64,000 nucleotides of DNA from Eledone cirrhosa (taxonomy: Eukaryota): positions 113,212,001 through 113,276,000 of the forward strand of contig OZ024742.1 of NCBI GenBank assembly GCA_964016885.1. The letters run 5' to 3'. Each line of letters begins with the position of its first letter. Within the stretch, counting starts at the first letter, position 1. Under the pieces are notes generated by a model. It worked only from the letters and a program-made list of their open reading frames with translations, was not told where the DNA came from and did not search any database. A program made the position numbers and the translations under genes. Positions 30,371 to 44,760 of this stretch are shown here, piece by piece.

Positions 30371-31316
30371 TATAATTAATTAAGTAATTTGGTTAATATA
30401 TGAAACCTGTCGATAAACCATTAGATTCCTTCACCTTTTTCATTTTTTTTGGATAAGTACTCAAGTATAAATACATTCTCTTTCTAAATATAAATATAAA
30501 TATAATAAACTATTCTAGAGAAATATATTGAGAGCTCTTGAAAGGAGAAAATATTTCCTATTTCTTATATTTTTTATATTTTCATATTTTTCATATTTAT
30601 TATTTTTTATTTTTTACATTTTTTTTATATTTTATTTATTTATTTATTTATTTTTTATTTTATTTTTATTAGGTTTGTTTTTTATTCTGATAGCTTCTCA
30701 TAATTTTCGAACGCTTATCCTTTCAATATCTTGAGTAAAATATACATAAGATAAATGTCTATACTAAATCTATTAAACATATTATTTTAACTTAAAATAT
30801 TCTATAATATTTTAAAATATTTTAATATTTTAATATTTTAGAATTCTTTTGTTTTTAAGTTATATTGATATAATTATATTTCCAAAATATAATCCTTTTG
30901 TATTTTATGTACTCAATTATACTATGTAATATATTGATGTATACTTATCTCTATACGTATATGTTTGTATAACATACATATACATGTGTTAGATGTATTT
31001 TTATGAATATATGTCTGTCTGTATATATGCATGAGTGACGCGTGTCTACCAATTGGGTGATACACACACATTTGTATATATGTATATTCAAGAATTGTGT
31101 GTGTACATGTACATGGGTACCCATACAATTTGATTGCAGATAGGCATAACTTAACAGCCATAAATGCATGAAAGCTAATCATATATATTTTATATATATA
31201 TATATTAATTTTTTTTATTTAATAACACAAGGGATGTATAATATTACTAATAAAAATCATTTATGCTTTGTATGTATTTATAATACACGGGAGTAGATAT
31301 AAAGCGTATCTTCTGA

Positions 31317-31428
<112 letters not shown>

Positions 31429-31991
31429 ATTTTTTGCGTGTGTGTACGTGTTATATGATAGGTTAATTTTCACTAGTAATATATAGATTTCTTAATGTTT
31501 AAATTCCAATTTTTAATATATTGATCTCAACTCTTAAACTAAATATCTAATTATAGTTAAACAATGATTAATTTCTCATATTATATATATATTCCATTCA
31601 TGAATTTTAATATTTCAAATTTTATTTATTCATTTCATCTCAATTGTTAACTCAACTTTATATGTCAGGACTTAAGGTTTTCGTTCTCTCCCCCTCTCTC
31701 TATCTCTATATTTCTCTCTCTTGATTTGTTCTCTCTGTCTGGTGTTTTGATATCTCTCTCTCCTTTTTGTTTTTTTTCTTTTTTCTATCTTTCTTTTTTT
31801 CTTTATATCTCCCTTTCTTTCTCAACTTTTCTCTCTCTCTCGGTTTTTTCTCTCTCTCTCCGTCTTTGTCCTTCTCCGTAACAGAATGACTTACTAAGAT
31901 AAACAAATCTAATATCCTGATGTCTTCCAAAAGTAACGGTTGCATTTTGAAAGGGTATGTTAAAATGTATTTATAAAACTGGTATATATTG

Positions 31992-32056
31992 TATTTTGTC
32001 TGATGAAAGCATACCATAATTTAACATGGTATCCTTGAAATATGAAAAATAAAATA
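31992..32056 (+). ncRNA. Hammerhead ribozyme, stem III/cleavage site decayed
   Basis: tattttgt CTGATGA aag-c-ataccat aatttaac atggtat-c-ctt GAAA tatgaaaa ataaaata. Confidence 0.7.
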
Positions 32057-32096
32057 GATATGGTTTTATAAATATAGTTTCCATTTGTTAATATCG

Positions 32097-32128
<32 letters not shown>

Positions 32129-32163
32129 CGGATGTTTACATATATATACATGCATATGTATAC

Positions 32164-32239
<76 letters not shown>

Positions 32240-32260
32240 GGGTGTGTATATATATATATA

Positions 32261-32607
32261 CAATGATATTTAATAAATGGAAACTATATTTATAAAACCA
32301 TATTTATTATATTATATATATTTCAAGGGTACCAAAACTGTAGTAGCTTTCATGAGATAAAATACAAAGTTTGTTTTATAAATGTTGACATAACCAAGAA
32401 AAGATACCTTACCGGTTCAAATTTTTCAAGAAAAACTTGCACCTGTAAGGTATTTTTTAAATAAATATTGTTTTATAAATATAGTTTCCATTTATTAAAT
32501 ATCATTGGTAATTATTCTGCAGAAAAATTGTCGAGGGCTCTAAATCAGTTATAAACATTTATACATTTATATTTGTTGAATTACCAACAAATTTAATATT
32601 CCTTTTG

Positions 32608-32610
<3 letters not shown>
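32261..32610. mobile_element. Fold-back remnant of a Naiad 1/2-like pLTR (second copy at 33960-34310)
   Basis: 32262-32308 is the inverse of 32460-32506. There is a decayed HHR at 32305-32364 (minus; CTCATGA...GAA ATATATAT A), an internal hairpin at 32404-32453 and a tail similar to 27200-27287. Confidence 0.8.
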
Positions 32611-32665
<55 letters not shown>

Positions 32666-32667
<2 letters not shown>

Positions 32668-33054
32668 TGTATATATAGTGTATTTTGCAATACACTGTAT
32701 GTTTAATTAAAAGCATTTCGAAGACCTTATGCAATTGTTTTAGAGTAGTGACTGTTCACTTAATTTAATTTTCAGCAAACAGGGCGATTATTTACTAGAA
32801 TTCAATAAGAACGAAACATCCATGATTTCAGCAAACAGGAGGAGTATTTGGGTTTGATAAGCCTCAATAAATGCGAAACAAGGCATTGTCAGCTTTATCT
32901 CCCCCTGTTTGCTGAAAATTAAAGTAAGTGAGTCTATCACTACTCTAAAACAATAGCATAAGGTCTTCGAAATGCTGTTAATTAAGCATAGAGTGTATTG
33001 CCAAATACACTATATATACATTCATATATATGTAGCTATTTCAGAGCACCAATT

Positions 33055-33058
<4 letters not shown>
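32666..33058 (+). mobile_element. Fold-back mini-element (family E) with decayed central HHR (second copy at 34347-34737)
   Basis: Arms of ~125 bp (32666-32790 and 32897-33023). The centre reads TTGATAA gc..gc GAA ACAA ggca TTGT C agc. A related fragment lies at 44461-44610. Confidence 0.75.
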
Positions 33059-33098
<40 letters not shown>

Positions 33099-33854
33099 AT
33101 CGCATTTACACCAGAGGTAATGTAATGTATATGGTGCCAAACGCACACACATATACACTGGGACACACTGATTTATTTGTATGCACCGGCAACCACGCTC
33201 ACCAAACAAACATAACCACAAATTAATCAATTGGTATTTCATGTGTACATGTGGGTGCGTTCGCTCCATACTTACTACATTTACACCACATGTAGGTATT
33301 TAACCTACATGCATTGACATTTGAATATTTTTTAAAAAGTGAAACGTTTTTTTTAAGAATATCCGTTTGTTTTCCTTTTCATTAGTAAATTTCTCTACTG
33401 ATATTCTCTACATTAGTAAATTTATCTACTGTTATTCTCTACATGTTCAATTTAGGTAGGGCAATATGCTTATTTAGGGCATATGTCTCTGGATATATTA
33501 AATTATTTGAAGCCAATATCTGCAATCACCTGCTACCAGCATCTAAGAAAAATAAAAGTTAATTCGCATTTTACTCTCTGAATTCTAATTTTTCGAACCT
33601 ACCAAAAATGCTCACACGTTACCGCACGCTCTCTTACACAACTCCACATTAACGCACACAACCGCCCAAATATATGAATATGTCAATATGATCGATGATT
33701 GACTTAAATTGTAAACTATACAGTCACCTGGGTCCACAACTTGATGCTGACCAGCATTCACATCTGCCACTAAGCCGTCTTTCGATCTGCACCCCAAAAT
33801 TCCGCAAGTAAAATTTGGATCACGCAGGGTACCATATATATAAATAATATACGC

Positions 33855-33938
<84 letters not shown>

Positions 33939-34306
33939 GGGTGTGTATATATATATATACAATGATATTTAATAAATGGAAACTATATTTATAAAACCAT
34001 ATTTATTATATTATATATATTTCAAGGGTACCAAAACTGTAGTAGCTTTCATGAGATAAAATACAAAGTTTGTTTTATAAATGTTGACATAACCAAGAAA
34101 AGATACCTTACCGGTTCAAATTTTTCAAGAAAAACTTGCACCTGTAAGGTATTTTTTAAATAAATATTGTTTTATAAATATAGTTTCCATTTATTAAATA
34201 TCATTGATAATTATACTGCAGAAAAATTGTCGATGGCTCTAAATCAGTTATAAACATTTATACATTTATATTTGTTGAATTACCAACAAATTTAATATTC
34301 CTTTTG

Positions 34307-34348
<42 letters not shown>

Positions 34349-34733
34349 TGTATATATAGTGTAATTTGCAATACACTGTATGCTTAATTAAAAGCATTTC
34401 GAAGACCTTATGCAATTGTTTTAGAGTAGTGACTGTTCACTTAATTTAATTTTCAGCAAACAGGGCGATAATTTACTAGAATTCAATAAGAACGAAACAT
34501 CCATGATTTCAGCAAACAGGAGGAGTATTTGGGTTTGATAAGCCTCAATAAATGCGAAACAAGGCATTGTCAGCTTTATCTCCCCCTGTTTGCTGAAAAT
34601 TAAAGTAAGTGAGTCTATCACTACTCTAAAACAATAGCATAAGGTCTTCGAAATGCTGTTAATTAAGCATAGAGTGTATTGCCAAATACACTATATATAC
34701 ATTCATATATATGTAGCTATTTCAGAGCACCAA

Positions 34734-34803
<70 letters not shown>

Positions 34804-35556
34804 ATCGCATTTACACCAGAGGTAATGTAATGTATATGGTGCCAAACGCACACACATATACACTGGGACACACTGATTTATTTGTATGCACCGGCAACCA
34901 CGCTCACCAAACAAACATAACCACAAATTAATCAATTGGTATTTCATGTGTACATGTGGGTGCGTTCGCTCCATACTTACTACATTTACACCACATGTAG
35001 GTATTTAACCTACATGCATTGACATTTGAATATTTTTTAAAAAGTGAAACGTTTTTTTTAAGAATATCCGTTTGTTTTCCTTTTCATTAGTAAATTTCTC
35101 TACTGATATTCTCTACATTAGTAAATTTATCTACTGTTATTCTCTACATGTTCAATTTAGGTAGGGCAATATGCTTATTTAGGGCATATGTCTCTGGATA
35201 TATTAAATTATTTGAAGCCAATATCTGCAATCACCTGCTACCAGCATCTAAGTAAAATAAAAGTTAATTCGCATTTTACTCTCTGAATTCTAATTTTTCG
35301 AACCTACCAAAAATGCTCACACGTTACCGCACGCTCTCTTACACAACTCCACATTAACGCACACAACCGCCCAAATATATGAATATGTCAATATGATCGA
35401 TGATTGACTTAAATTGTAAACTATACAGTCACCTGGGTCCACAACTTGCTGCTGACCAGCATTCACATCTGCCACTAAGCCGTCTTTCGATCTGCACCCC
35501 AAAATTCCGCAATCAAAATTTGGATCACGCAGGGTACCATACATATAAATAATATA

Positions 35557-35624
<68 letters not shown>

Positions 35625-36929
35625 AGGGAGTGTATGTATGTGCGTGTGTTGATGCAAATTTGATTGCAAGCGTAAGCTTGTGATTCACAACGTATTGAAT
35701 GTAGCATACTTGGTGAAATTGTCAATTTGGTCAAAATGAATGAAACGTCAAATAAAAGCTTATAATGTTATAAATCCCTTTCATTAAATTAATCTGAAAG
35801 GGCTGATAATGTTCACACCCGAAAGTATGTGTGTGGTAGAATACAATGAGAAATCCTTAAACTTTCATTTTGATTCTACGTATGTAATCATTTGATTCAT
35901 TTTTCTTTTCAATAATAACTCGTATTATGAATGCTATAATATATGTTATTAAAACATTTATTGTATATTTGAATGGTAGCACGAGTTAATATAGTTAACG
36001 CTTTAACTAAAAGTCTTTAGTAAACGTTATGAACTTTCATTTACTAATGATCAGATGAGGATTCCAAAAACATTGAGATTATCAAAGTTTCCAAATACTT
36101 TCATACTTGGCTCTATTCTGAGCCATTGTATGAAAAGCCTGGTTGCCACTAACCTGAAGTTTCGTATCTAAAAGAAATAGTTAATCATAACTCTGTCTCA
36201 ATTGTATAGTTATTATCACTCATTCAATTTTAGCAAATCGAACTAAAATTAATCTTCCTTAGAAGAAAATATTCAGAATAATATCCCCAATCAATATTTT
36301 ATCTTGCATCTATATTTATTTAGCGTAGGTGAACATGCACCTAAAACTAAACTTATATATGTGAAAAATATTATTCATGATAGATTAAATAACAATGTAA
36401 TATTACTTGATAAAAATGCAACATTCAAACTTAAAAAAATATATATATATTTAGATATATGAATAGGTTATTGCTAATCACCGAAAACAATATCATGTAC
36501 AGTACGTGAAAAAGAAGACATATCTATTTACATTCGAGTTAAACATTCAGTGGAAGGATTATGTCGACCAAATATAGATCATAAATATATGAAATTTATC
36601 TGTACAAATACATAATCACACACATATTCTAACACTAATAGTCACGTACACATACGGTCATGTTGTATAGTTGAAATAATCAAAACAAGTTTATCTACAA
36701 TTCAAATACTGAAAACAATACAGATTATTAGTTATTTAGTATCATCGAAGAAAGGCAGTCAGTAACATGAGTAAGATGACGGTATCATGACAATTACATA
36801 CATATACACAGAGAGTAAAACTGATGTAAACATAGTTGTTTATCTATCTCTTTATAGCTTGGCACGAAATTTGATCAACGTTATACCTACGTTCACACAC
36901 CCCCACACACACATATATATATATATATA

Positions 36930-37401
36930 TAATAACTAGAAATTGATTAACATATAAATAAACATGAATAATCACAGGAGATAATTTTTACAAGTGTGTA
37001 ACCACACATATCTAGGTAGGTAGCTAAGTTAAGTTGACCAGCACTTCAAAAATAGATACCTTATAATATGATTAATCTTCCCTGTATATATTCCATTAAA
37101 GAAATGTGTTTCACCAATTAATCAGATTAATCAGATTAATCATATAAGGTATCTATTGTTGAAGTACCGGTCAACTTTATTTAGTTACCTACCTAGATAT
37201 GTGTGGTTACACACTTGTAAAAATTATCTCCTGTGATCATTCATGTTTATTTATATGTTAATCAATTACTAATTATTATAACATGCTCGGACCTGCTCGT
37301 TAGAATCTTAGAGCTTATTTTGCGGGTGATATGGCGCATGTCTTTCTGGCATGACACCCATCATTTTGATTTGGATTAAATTCATTTGATTTATCTTATT
37401 T

Positions 37402-37405
<4 letters not shown>
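36930..37405. repeat. ~350-bp fold-back (arms 36930-37078 / 37132-37280) plus tail, between (TA)n tracts
   Basis: Reverse-complement arms seen directly. Confidence 0.88.
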
Positions 37406-37448
<43 letters not shown>

Positions 37449-37520
37449 TATATATATATATAGAGAGGTATATAGATAGATAGATAGATGTGTATGTATA
37501 TGTATATGTATATATATATA

Positions 37521-37574
<54 letters not shown>

Positions 37575-37577
37575 AAT

Positions 37578-37791
37578 AAGTTATTCCGGGTTGAATCAGA
37601 GGTAACCACAGTAAGTACGTAAGGTACTCCATACAGAGCAGAGTATAATTGTTTTAATAGAGGAAGGCTTCAACTGGACTAGAAGTGCTTCATTCGTGAG
37701 AAATCATCAGGAAGCTGTCACACTTGTACATCCAGCTTCCTGATGATTTCTCACGAATGTAACAGTTCTTGTCCAGTAGAAGCTCTTCTAT

Positions 37792-37797
<6 letters not shown>
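37578..37797. mobile_element. Family C fold-back element with two divergent HHR copies
   Basis: Plus strand 37733-37785: agcttc CTGATGA tttc tcac gaat GTAA cagttcttg TC cagtagaagct. Minus strand 37665-37727 is the same with GAAG. Confidence 0.8.
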
Positions 37798-37888
<91 letters not shown>

Positions 37889-37917
37889 TATATATATATA
37901 ATATATATATATATAGT

Positions 37918-38009
<92 letters not shown>

Positions 38010-38014
<5 letters not shown>

Positions 38015-38250
38015 ATGTATACGTACATACATATACGTATACAGACGTAGTGTAGTGTTGTAAGTGCTGAACAAAATGGCAACGATGGTTGCAGACCACT
38101 GTACGGCTAATAATTCGGGCTGTTTATTTATAAACAAACCGAGCATTATGATAAACCCATACGTACATATATATACGTACGTATACATACTTATATTTAA
38201 GTACCAGCCGTACTAAGAGTGAGTAATGAAATTTCAATTTTCCATTTATA
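38010..38250 (+). mobile_element. Family A repeat fragment with short 5' inversion
   Basis: Aligns to 5840-6105 and lies in (TA)n. Confidence 0.8.
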
Positions 38251-38257
38251 TATATAC

Positions 38258-38342
<85 letters not shown>

Positions 38343-38347
<5 letters not shown>

Positions 38348-39420
38348 TGTTATACTGCGGAAGGGTCATGTTGCCAATAAGAAACACACGCACCAGTTTC
38401 TTTAACTCCTATTTATTATAAATTAAAAACATATGTTCAAAAAAAAAAAAATTATATTTATATATATGTATTTTTTTAAACTTTTATAAATTGCAGGTTG
38501 GTTGGTTGGTTCTACAACCGGATGGTTGTTCATTTATTGTCAAAGTTCTTTCTTCACACATTCAGTGACCTCTTCTGTGAATGGGGATTATTTTCTTTGT
38601 TTAGTGTACTTCCTTTGTTCTGTCTTACGCCATCTTGATGTTGTGTGTGTTGTGTGCTTACTTTGCACACGTGTTACATCCGGGTGCCTGTCTGTGTTTT
38701 TATTTGTTTATCAACATGTTACTGGTTGGTTGTTTGTTCTATGTGTGTGTGTTTTCATTTTATCCTTAATTGTAAGTTTTGATGATGCTATTCCATTCAT
38801 GCTTTCTATTTAATTTTGGAAAAATCGCAATGATTAGACAAATCACAGAGGCAATATATATAAATTAACTTCAACCAAAATTAATTAGAAAACATGGATG
38901 GAATAGCAACATGACCACTTACAATTAAGTACAAAATGAAAACACACACACATAGAACTAACAACCAACCAGTAACATGTAAATAAACAAATAAATATAC
39001 AAATAAAAACACACACAGACACCTGGATGTAAAACATGCGCAAACTAAGCACACAACACACGCAAAAACAAGATGGCGTAGGATAGAACAAAGGAGAGGC
39101 CACGAAACAAAGAAAATAATCCCCAGTCACTGAATAGGTCACATAATGTGTGACGAATGAACTTTGACAATAAATGAATAACCGTCTGGTTGTGGAACCA
39201 ACCAACCGGAAAAATATAAAAAAAACGGTTTTTTAAAATAAAAAATAAGAAAACAACAATTTATTTTTTTTAAATAATTTTTTAATTTATAATAAATTGG
39301 AGTGAATCCATCTGATGCTTGTGTTAATTATTGACAACATGACCCTCCCAAAGTATGACAATATCGGTTTCAACACACGTTTTCAGATAAAGAATCATGA
39401 AAACAAATTCAGAATCGAAA
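38343..39420. repeat. Old ~1.05-kb fold-back element plus tail
   Basis: ORF-track entries 38502+ and 39205- are mutual homologues, and the arms are visibly diverged. The tail is homologous to 9590-9680. Confidence 0.85.
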
Positions 39421-39536
39421 TATATATATGTATATATTTATTAAAACAACAAATTAAAGTTTAAGCAAAGATTTGCTGCTGTCACCATTAACGGAGTTTC
39501 TGAATATCGGATTTGAGACTTCACACTTTTTATTAT

Positions 39537-39603
<67 letters not shown>

Positions 39604-39948
39604 GAACGATAAACCTCTTGATAAACTGAATCATTCGTTCGATCACCAAGACCATGAGCTTGCCATTCACGTAAGTCTGCTATTTGATTTCGGATTCAAA
39701 GAAACTCTTTAAACGATTTTTCTTTTGATTTGTCCAGGTGTACTTTTCTCAACCTGATTAGTACTATTGTTACTTTGTATATATTGCGTGTTAGTTTCGC
39801 TAACCATAATGTTCGATTTGTCAAGCTATTTTAACGTATGTTATTACTCTAAGGTCCTATCATATCGAGTGCTTTGCTAACTCATCTTTTCATATAAGTA
39901 GGCCGAATTTACTTGCAAACCGCCAGAGATTCGATTTTACTGATTTCC

Positions 39949-40008
<60 letters not shown>

Positions 40009-40099
40009 GATCGATCGACTTACGTGAAATCGGACCGCGGCAACAATGTTTCCGCTGGTCTTCCCAATTGCTAATACTATATATCGATATATCGGTCGC

Positions 40100-40217
40100 A
40101 ACTCCAGGCAGAAGAAGCAACGTGAAATAAAGTTTATTGCTCAAGAACATAACGACTCGCCCGTTCCAGGAATCGAACTCGAAATCTCACGATTGCGAAT
40201 CCGATTCTCTATCCACG
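40100..40217 (-). mobile_element. tRNA-derived SINE of a second family (5' part)
   Basis: Minus strand: gtggatagagaatcggattcgcaatcgtgagatttcgagttcgattcctgg...gttcttgagcaataaactttatttcacgttgct, a tRNA-like head with a B box. Confidence 0.7.
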
Positions 40218-41293
40218 TGTGTCTGTGTGTATATATACACACACACATATATATGGGGGTGGGTGTGTAAAGGTGAGTGCACACAAACACATATACACAT
40301 TTGGTACGTAGGGGTACACTTTTATCAACCGCTTTTACGATTTCTTTTTTCATTTACATATAATATTGGTAAACAAATATTCTTTTTTTTTTAATTTGAG
40401 GTTCTCATTATTTGAGGCTTTTATCCTGGTGACTTTATTTTTCTATCCACCGTGCACACGCGCACATATATTTTCGTTGTTGTAGTGATGAAGATGGAAT
40501 TACAATTCTAAGTTCAATTTTCTGTATTCAAGAATCCATTGAAAGGAATAATATCTAGATTGAATTTCAATTATATTCATTATTGATGTTTCAAATATCT
40601 TCTGAGAATTAACTGCAAAAGATATGTGTAATATGAACATGAGAAAAAAAAAAAACATTAATACATGAGCAGGCGTAATTAAAGGTTCTGTGACTTTTGT
40701 AACTATAACGGTGAACTAGCGGATGTAGGAATGCTCGTTCTCCCACAAGGGCTGTTATGAATGAGGCTTTATCTCAAATCCACTTATAACCAGTGGTGAT
40801 GAAAATAAAAATTTAACGCTGGTGATGTATTCCGCTTTTTCTACTTTTTAGTAGAATAAGGATATAAGAGTAATCGATTGTCCAAACCCTTTCTTATCAG
40901 CTATTCGAACACCTGTGGTTTCACCGATATAACTAAAAAGAGCACGTAAGATAGCGGGCACGTAACAACGTAGCAATAAATATTTCTGTTGGTATAATGT
41001 TTATGGGAGAAACGAATAGAGTCATTGTAAGAAAGGAGAAAACAAGGGGTCTCGAGATGAAAACATATAATTTTTGTGACATCCCCACGCGTCTATTTTA
41101 GCCCTTTCTCATTTCATCCTATCGCTTCTACGAGCCAATACACATTGTAGTAAATTTTACTCGACGCCACCATTGAAGGCATTTTGGTGTTTTAAATTCA
41201 TTGCGATGAATTATTCCAATTACTATATTATTATGAATATAAATATATAGTTATATACATGCATACACACACATACATACCCCCCCCCATATA

Positions 41294-41335
<42 letters not shown>

Positions 41336-41509
41336 AATATATATGTTTCAGAATATCCCGTTAAGGGTGAAAGCAGCGATTCTTTGCTTAAACTTTAATC
41401 TGTTATTTTAATAAATATTTGCTATACGGTTCTTATATGTTTGATATATATTCATCCTTATCGAGCCCTCTTTGGATGTTAGTCTTCACATTTATTATTA
41501 TTACTATAT

Positions 41510-43002
41510 ATATCATCATCATCATCAACAGCAGCATCATCATCATCATCATATTTTAACGTCCATCTTCCACGCTAAGCTGGGTTGGACGGGTTTGTCC
41601 CACTTGAAGCAACATTTTTCGGGTGACCGTTACAGTGTGGACTAGGAGCCTATTTACCGTATCGCCTACACGATCCCTTTACAGTGTGTGGATGGGGTGC
41701 ATTTTGTCGTGCCATCTACACAACCACTTTACTGTGTGGGTGTCGTGTTCTTGTGGTACCGACATAACTTTACAGAAAAAAGGGGGATGTGGATGTAACT
41801 GGAAGGATGGAGTAGGGAGTGTGGGGTGTGCTGTATATTGGGTTATAAGTGGCTACTGACCATGCAAGCTTTGTTACTTTCATATCTACGAATAAGAAGT
41901 CTTCTGCATACAACGCCCAGGTCTCAATACCATATAACATTGATGTTCGTATACAATCTATCTTTCATTTTTAGAGAGAAAATGTTTGTGATCAACAGCG
42001 GTATTAGTGCTCTGAACATTTTCTATCTCGTACTAATTATGGCTACTCCACTCTCAGCTCACCCTAATCCACAGCCAATATTGTCACCCAGTTAACAGTA
42101 TGTGTACTAGTTCTATTGAACCATCTGGGCAGTTGAAGTAGCTCGTATCCAGTGGGCACTCACTTATTAATGCACTTGAGAATCGGCCACATAAAATCTA
42201 CATCCTTAGATAGCTTGCCTGTGATCCCACTACATCCTGTATGTACGCATTGGGGCATATAATGGCTATTCTACCTACTCATTTCTTACACACTGAGAAT
42301 GGCCATATCCCAGAGGGCTCTTTTGCTCTATTCTCCTTTCTACATACTAGAACTTTAGTCTTAGACATGTTTAAAATAAGGCATTTCGATTCTAGGTCAT
42401 GCTTCCATGTTTAGAATGCCTTCTCTAGTTCAGCCATCGATTAAACTATGAAGGTTAGATCATCTGCTTATAGAAATGCTCATGTGCGTCCAGTCTTAAA
42501 CTCTACTGTATAGCCAGTGGGGCAATTATAAACAAGGGGTGGTGGTTGTGGGTGTGTGAGTGTTTTGGGCTAAGGACGGAGCCTTGGCGAACTCCTACTT
42601 TTACGCTAAATCCTTCGCTTTATTCATTGTTAATTCTAACCTTGCTGAATGTTCCTTTATATGGCTTGTATAGCTCTCACAAGGAAGTCATTTACTCTTA
42701 GTTTTCTAAAAGCCCACGAGATAATGGTGTGGGTGACTGTGTCAAAGGCTTTCTCCAAGTCAACAAAAGCTAAATAAATCGGTTTACTTTTAGCTACGTA
42801 CTTCACCTGAAGTTGCCGTTTAAAGGAGAGAGCACCCATGATAATTTTATCTGGCACAAACCCAAACGGCATTTCATCTAGTTCAATTCGGTCTCTAATC
42901 AGTTGCGTAATAACTCTTTCTGTCACCTTCATGATCTCATCAACTAACTTAATGCCTCTATAGTTTCCTCTACCTAGGGCGTCTCATTTGCCCTTGTAGC
43001 AA
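41510..43002 (-). mobile_element. Decayed RTE-clade LINE (RT remnant ~42050-43002; 3' end with (GAT)n tail at ~41510-41600)
   Basis: CYKGK.DALGRGNYRGIKL, MKVTERVI..FGF..RQLQ.KY..AFVDLEKAFD, VGVRQGSVLSP and .ADDL. Confidence 0.88.
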
Positions 43003-43290
43003 ATCGTTTCGTCTTTGTTCAAATGACATTAGGGCAAAGTAAATAATTTCATCTGTAGGCTTCTTGGTTCGTCTATATTGGGGTGACTGGTTATCAGACA
43101 TTGTATTGGGATTATGTAATCTTCCATAGGTTTCAAACACATTCACCCAGTTTTGTATATTGGATTTGAATGGCCATTTGTCCGTTCCCAAAATGGCATG
43201 AAATTGTTTCAAGACATGCTTGAAACAGCCACAATTATAGAAGTATATCAAAGAGAACATCATGGGCTCGAAATAGTGTTTCGGTTTTGT
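43003..43290 (-). pseudogene. Possible Tc1/mariner-type transposase N-terminal (HTH) fragment
   Basis: KQFHAILGTDKWPFKSNIQNWVNVFETYGRLHN resembles DUF4817-type HTH regions. No catalytic domain is seen. Confidence 0.4.
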
Positions 43291-43634
43291 TGTCTCCACA
43301 TGCCTTGTATATGTCTTGTGCTGAATCTTAAGGATACTCCAGTAGAAAATGAATATACGATGACACAAAAGATTAACAGAACCATTTTTGTATTCGAACA
43401 CTCTCTCCGACATTTTTCCTTCGACAAAAAATAATTTCACTCCGGTTGTCCTTAGGGCCAATCCTCAAAAGCAACATATCAACAGTTCAGAAATGTATTA
43501 TTATTCCGTACGGAGTTACATCACATGATACATGTGATACATTTTTGAATACTTACATTCGTTTAGGTGCATTGTGAAGCTTAGAATAACATATTTACAA
43601 CTGGTCATAGGTTATATATAAATATAAATATAAA

Positions 43635-44450
43635 TATAAATGGAAAAAAATGAAATTTCATTTCTCACGCTTAGTACGGCTGATACTTAAATATAAGTAT
43701 GTATACGTACATACATATATGTATACAGACGTACAGTAGTATGTATATACATACAAATACGCATTAATGTACGTATGGGTTTACCGAACATTTATTATAA
43801 TGCTGGGTTTGTTTGTAAACAAACAGCCCTAACTAGTAGCCGTACATCATTCGGCAACCATCATTGCCCCTTTGTTCAACACTGACAAATGAATTATGAA
43901 CTAGTTTCTAGCTTATTAGCTGTCATCAGCAACGTATACCTTCCTGTCAGTTGATTGCACGTTTGAAAGTATATACTTTCCTTATGCATATTAACGGGTG
44001 AGCAGCCTAAATTGCATATCGAGTGAGTTAGTCGGCCGGCTGTACCGAAAACGATAAATGGAAAAAAATAAAATTTCATTTCTCAGTCTTAGTACGGCTG
44101 ACAGTTAAATATAAATATGTATACGTACATACATATATGTATACACACATACAATAGTATGTATATACATACATACATACACGCACACATATTTATATGT
44201 AAGTATGGGATTACCGAACATTTATTATAATGCTCGGTTTGTTTGTAAACAAACAGCCTGAATTAGTAGCCGTTCAGTGTTCGGCACCATCGTTGCCCTT
44301 TTGTTCAACACTGACAAAGGAACGATGAACACGTTTCTAGCTTATTCATCGTTTCTAGCCTATTAGCTAATTAGCTGTCATCAGCTCCGTATACCTTCAT
44401 TTTAGTCGAATGAACGTTTGCATGTATATACTTTCCTGATGCATATATAT
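43635..44450 (-). mobile_element. Family A repeat, diverged tandem dimer
   Basis: Two units homologous to 4301-5800. HHR at 43893-43935 (acgttg CTGATGA c agct aata agct a GAA ACTAGT T). The second HHR at ~44322-44390 is scrambled. Confidence 0.88.
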
Positions 44451-44671
44451 CCTATATACTAGGATTGGTGCTCTGAAATAGCGATGTATACATGAATGCA
44501 TTTGGCAATATGTCGTATCGAGAATTAAAAGCATTTTGAAGACCTTACGCTATCATTTTTTAAAGTAGTGACTGTCACTTACTCTTCTTTTCGTCGAAAC
44601 AAGGCACACAATCTAATAGTCTGCTTCATGGTGTTTGGCAATCATATATATATATATATATATATATATAC

Positions 44672-44760
44672 ACTAGCAGAATGGCCCGGCGTTGCTCGGG
44701 ATTTGCTCTAGGGTTCTATATATTTGATATATATTTATCCTTATCGAGCATTCGTCAAAT
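44672..44760 (+). mobile_element. Possible Helitron/Helentron-type terminus
   Basis: actagcagaatggcccggcgttgctcggg, a terminal ACTAG plus GC hairpin pattern recalled for such elements. Confidence 0.35.

Larger units (their letters stand above)
32236..35560. repeat. Recent ~1.7-kb tandem duplication
   Basis: ccgtgggtgtg occurs at 32236 and 33935, and duplicated ORF-track entries are 1681-1705 bp apart. Only scattered substitutions and (TA)n length differences separate the copies. Confidence 0.95.

Noticed and set aside
30396-30460. ATGA-N11-AAA pattern after the Naiad 2 stop as a possible SECIS
   Set aside because: There is no complementary strand or GA quartet to close helix II, and element 1 does not conserve it.
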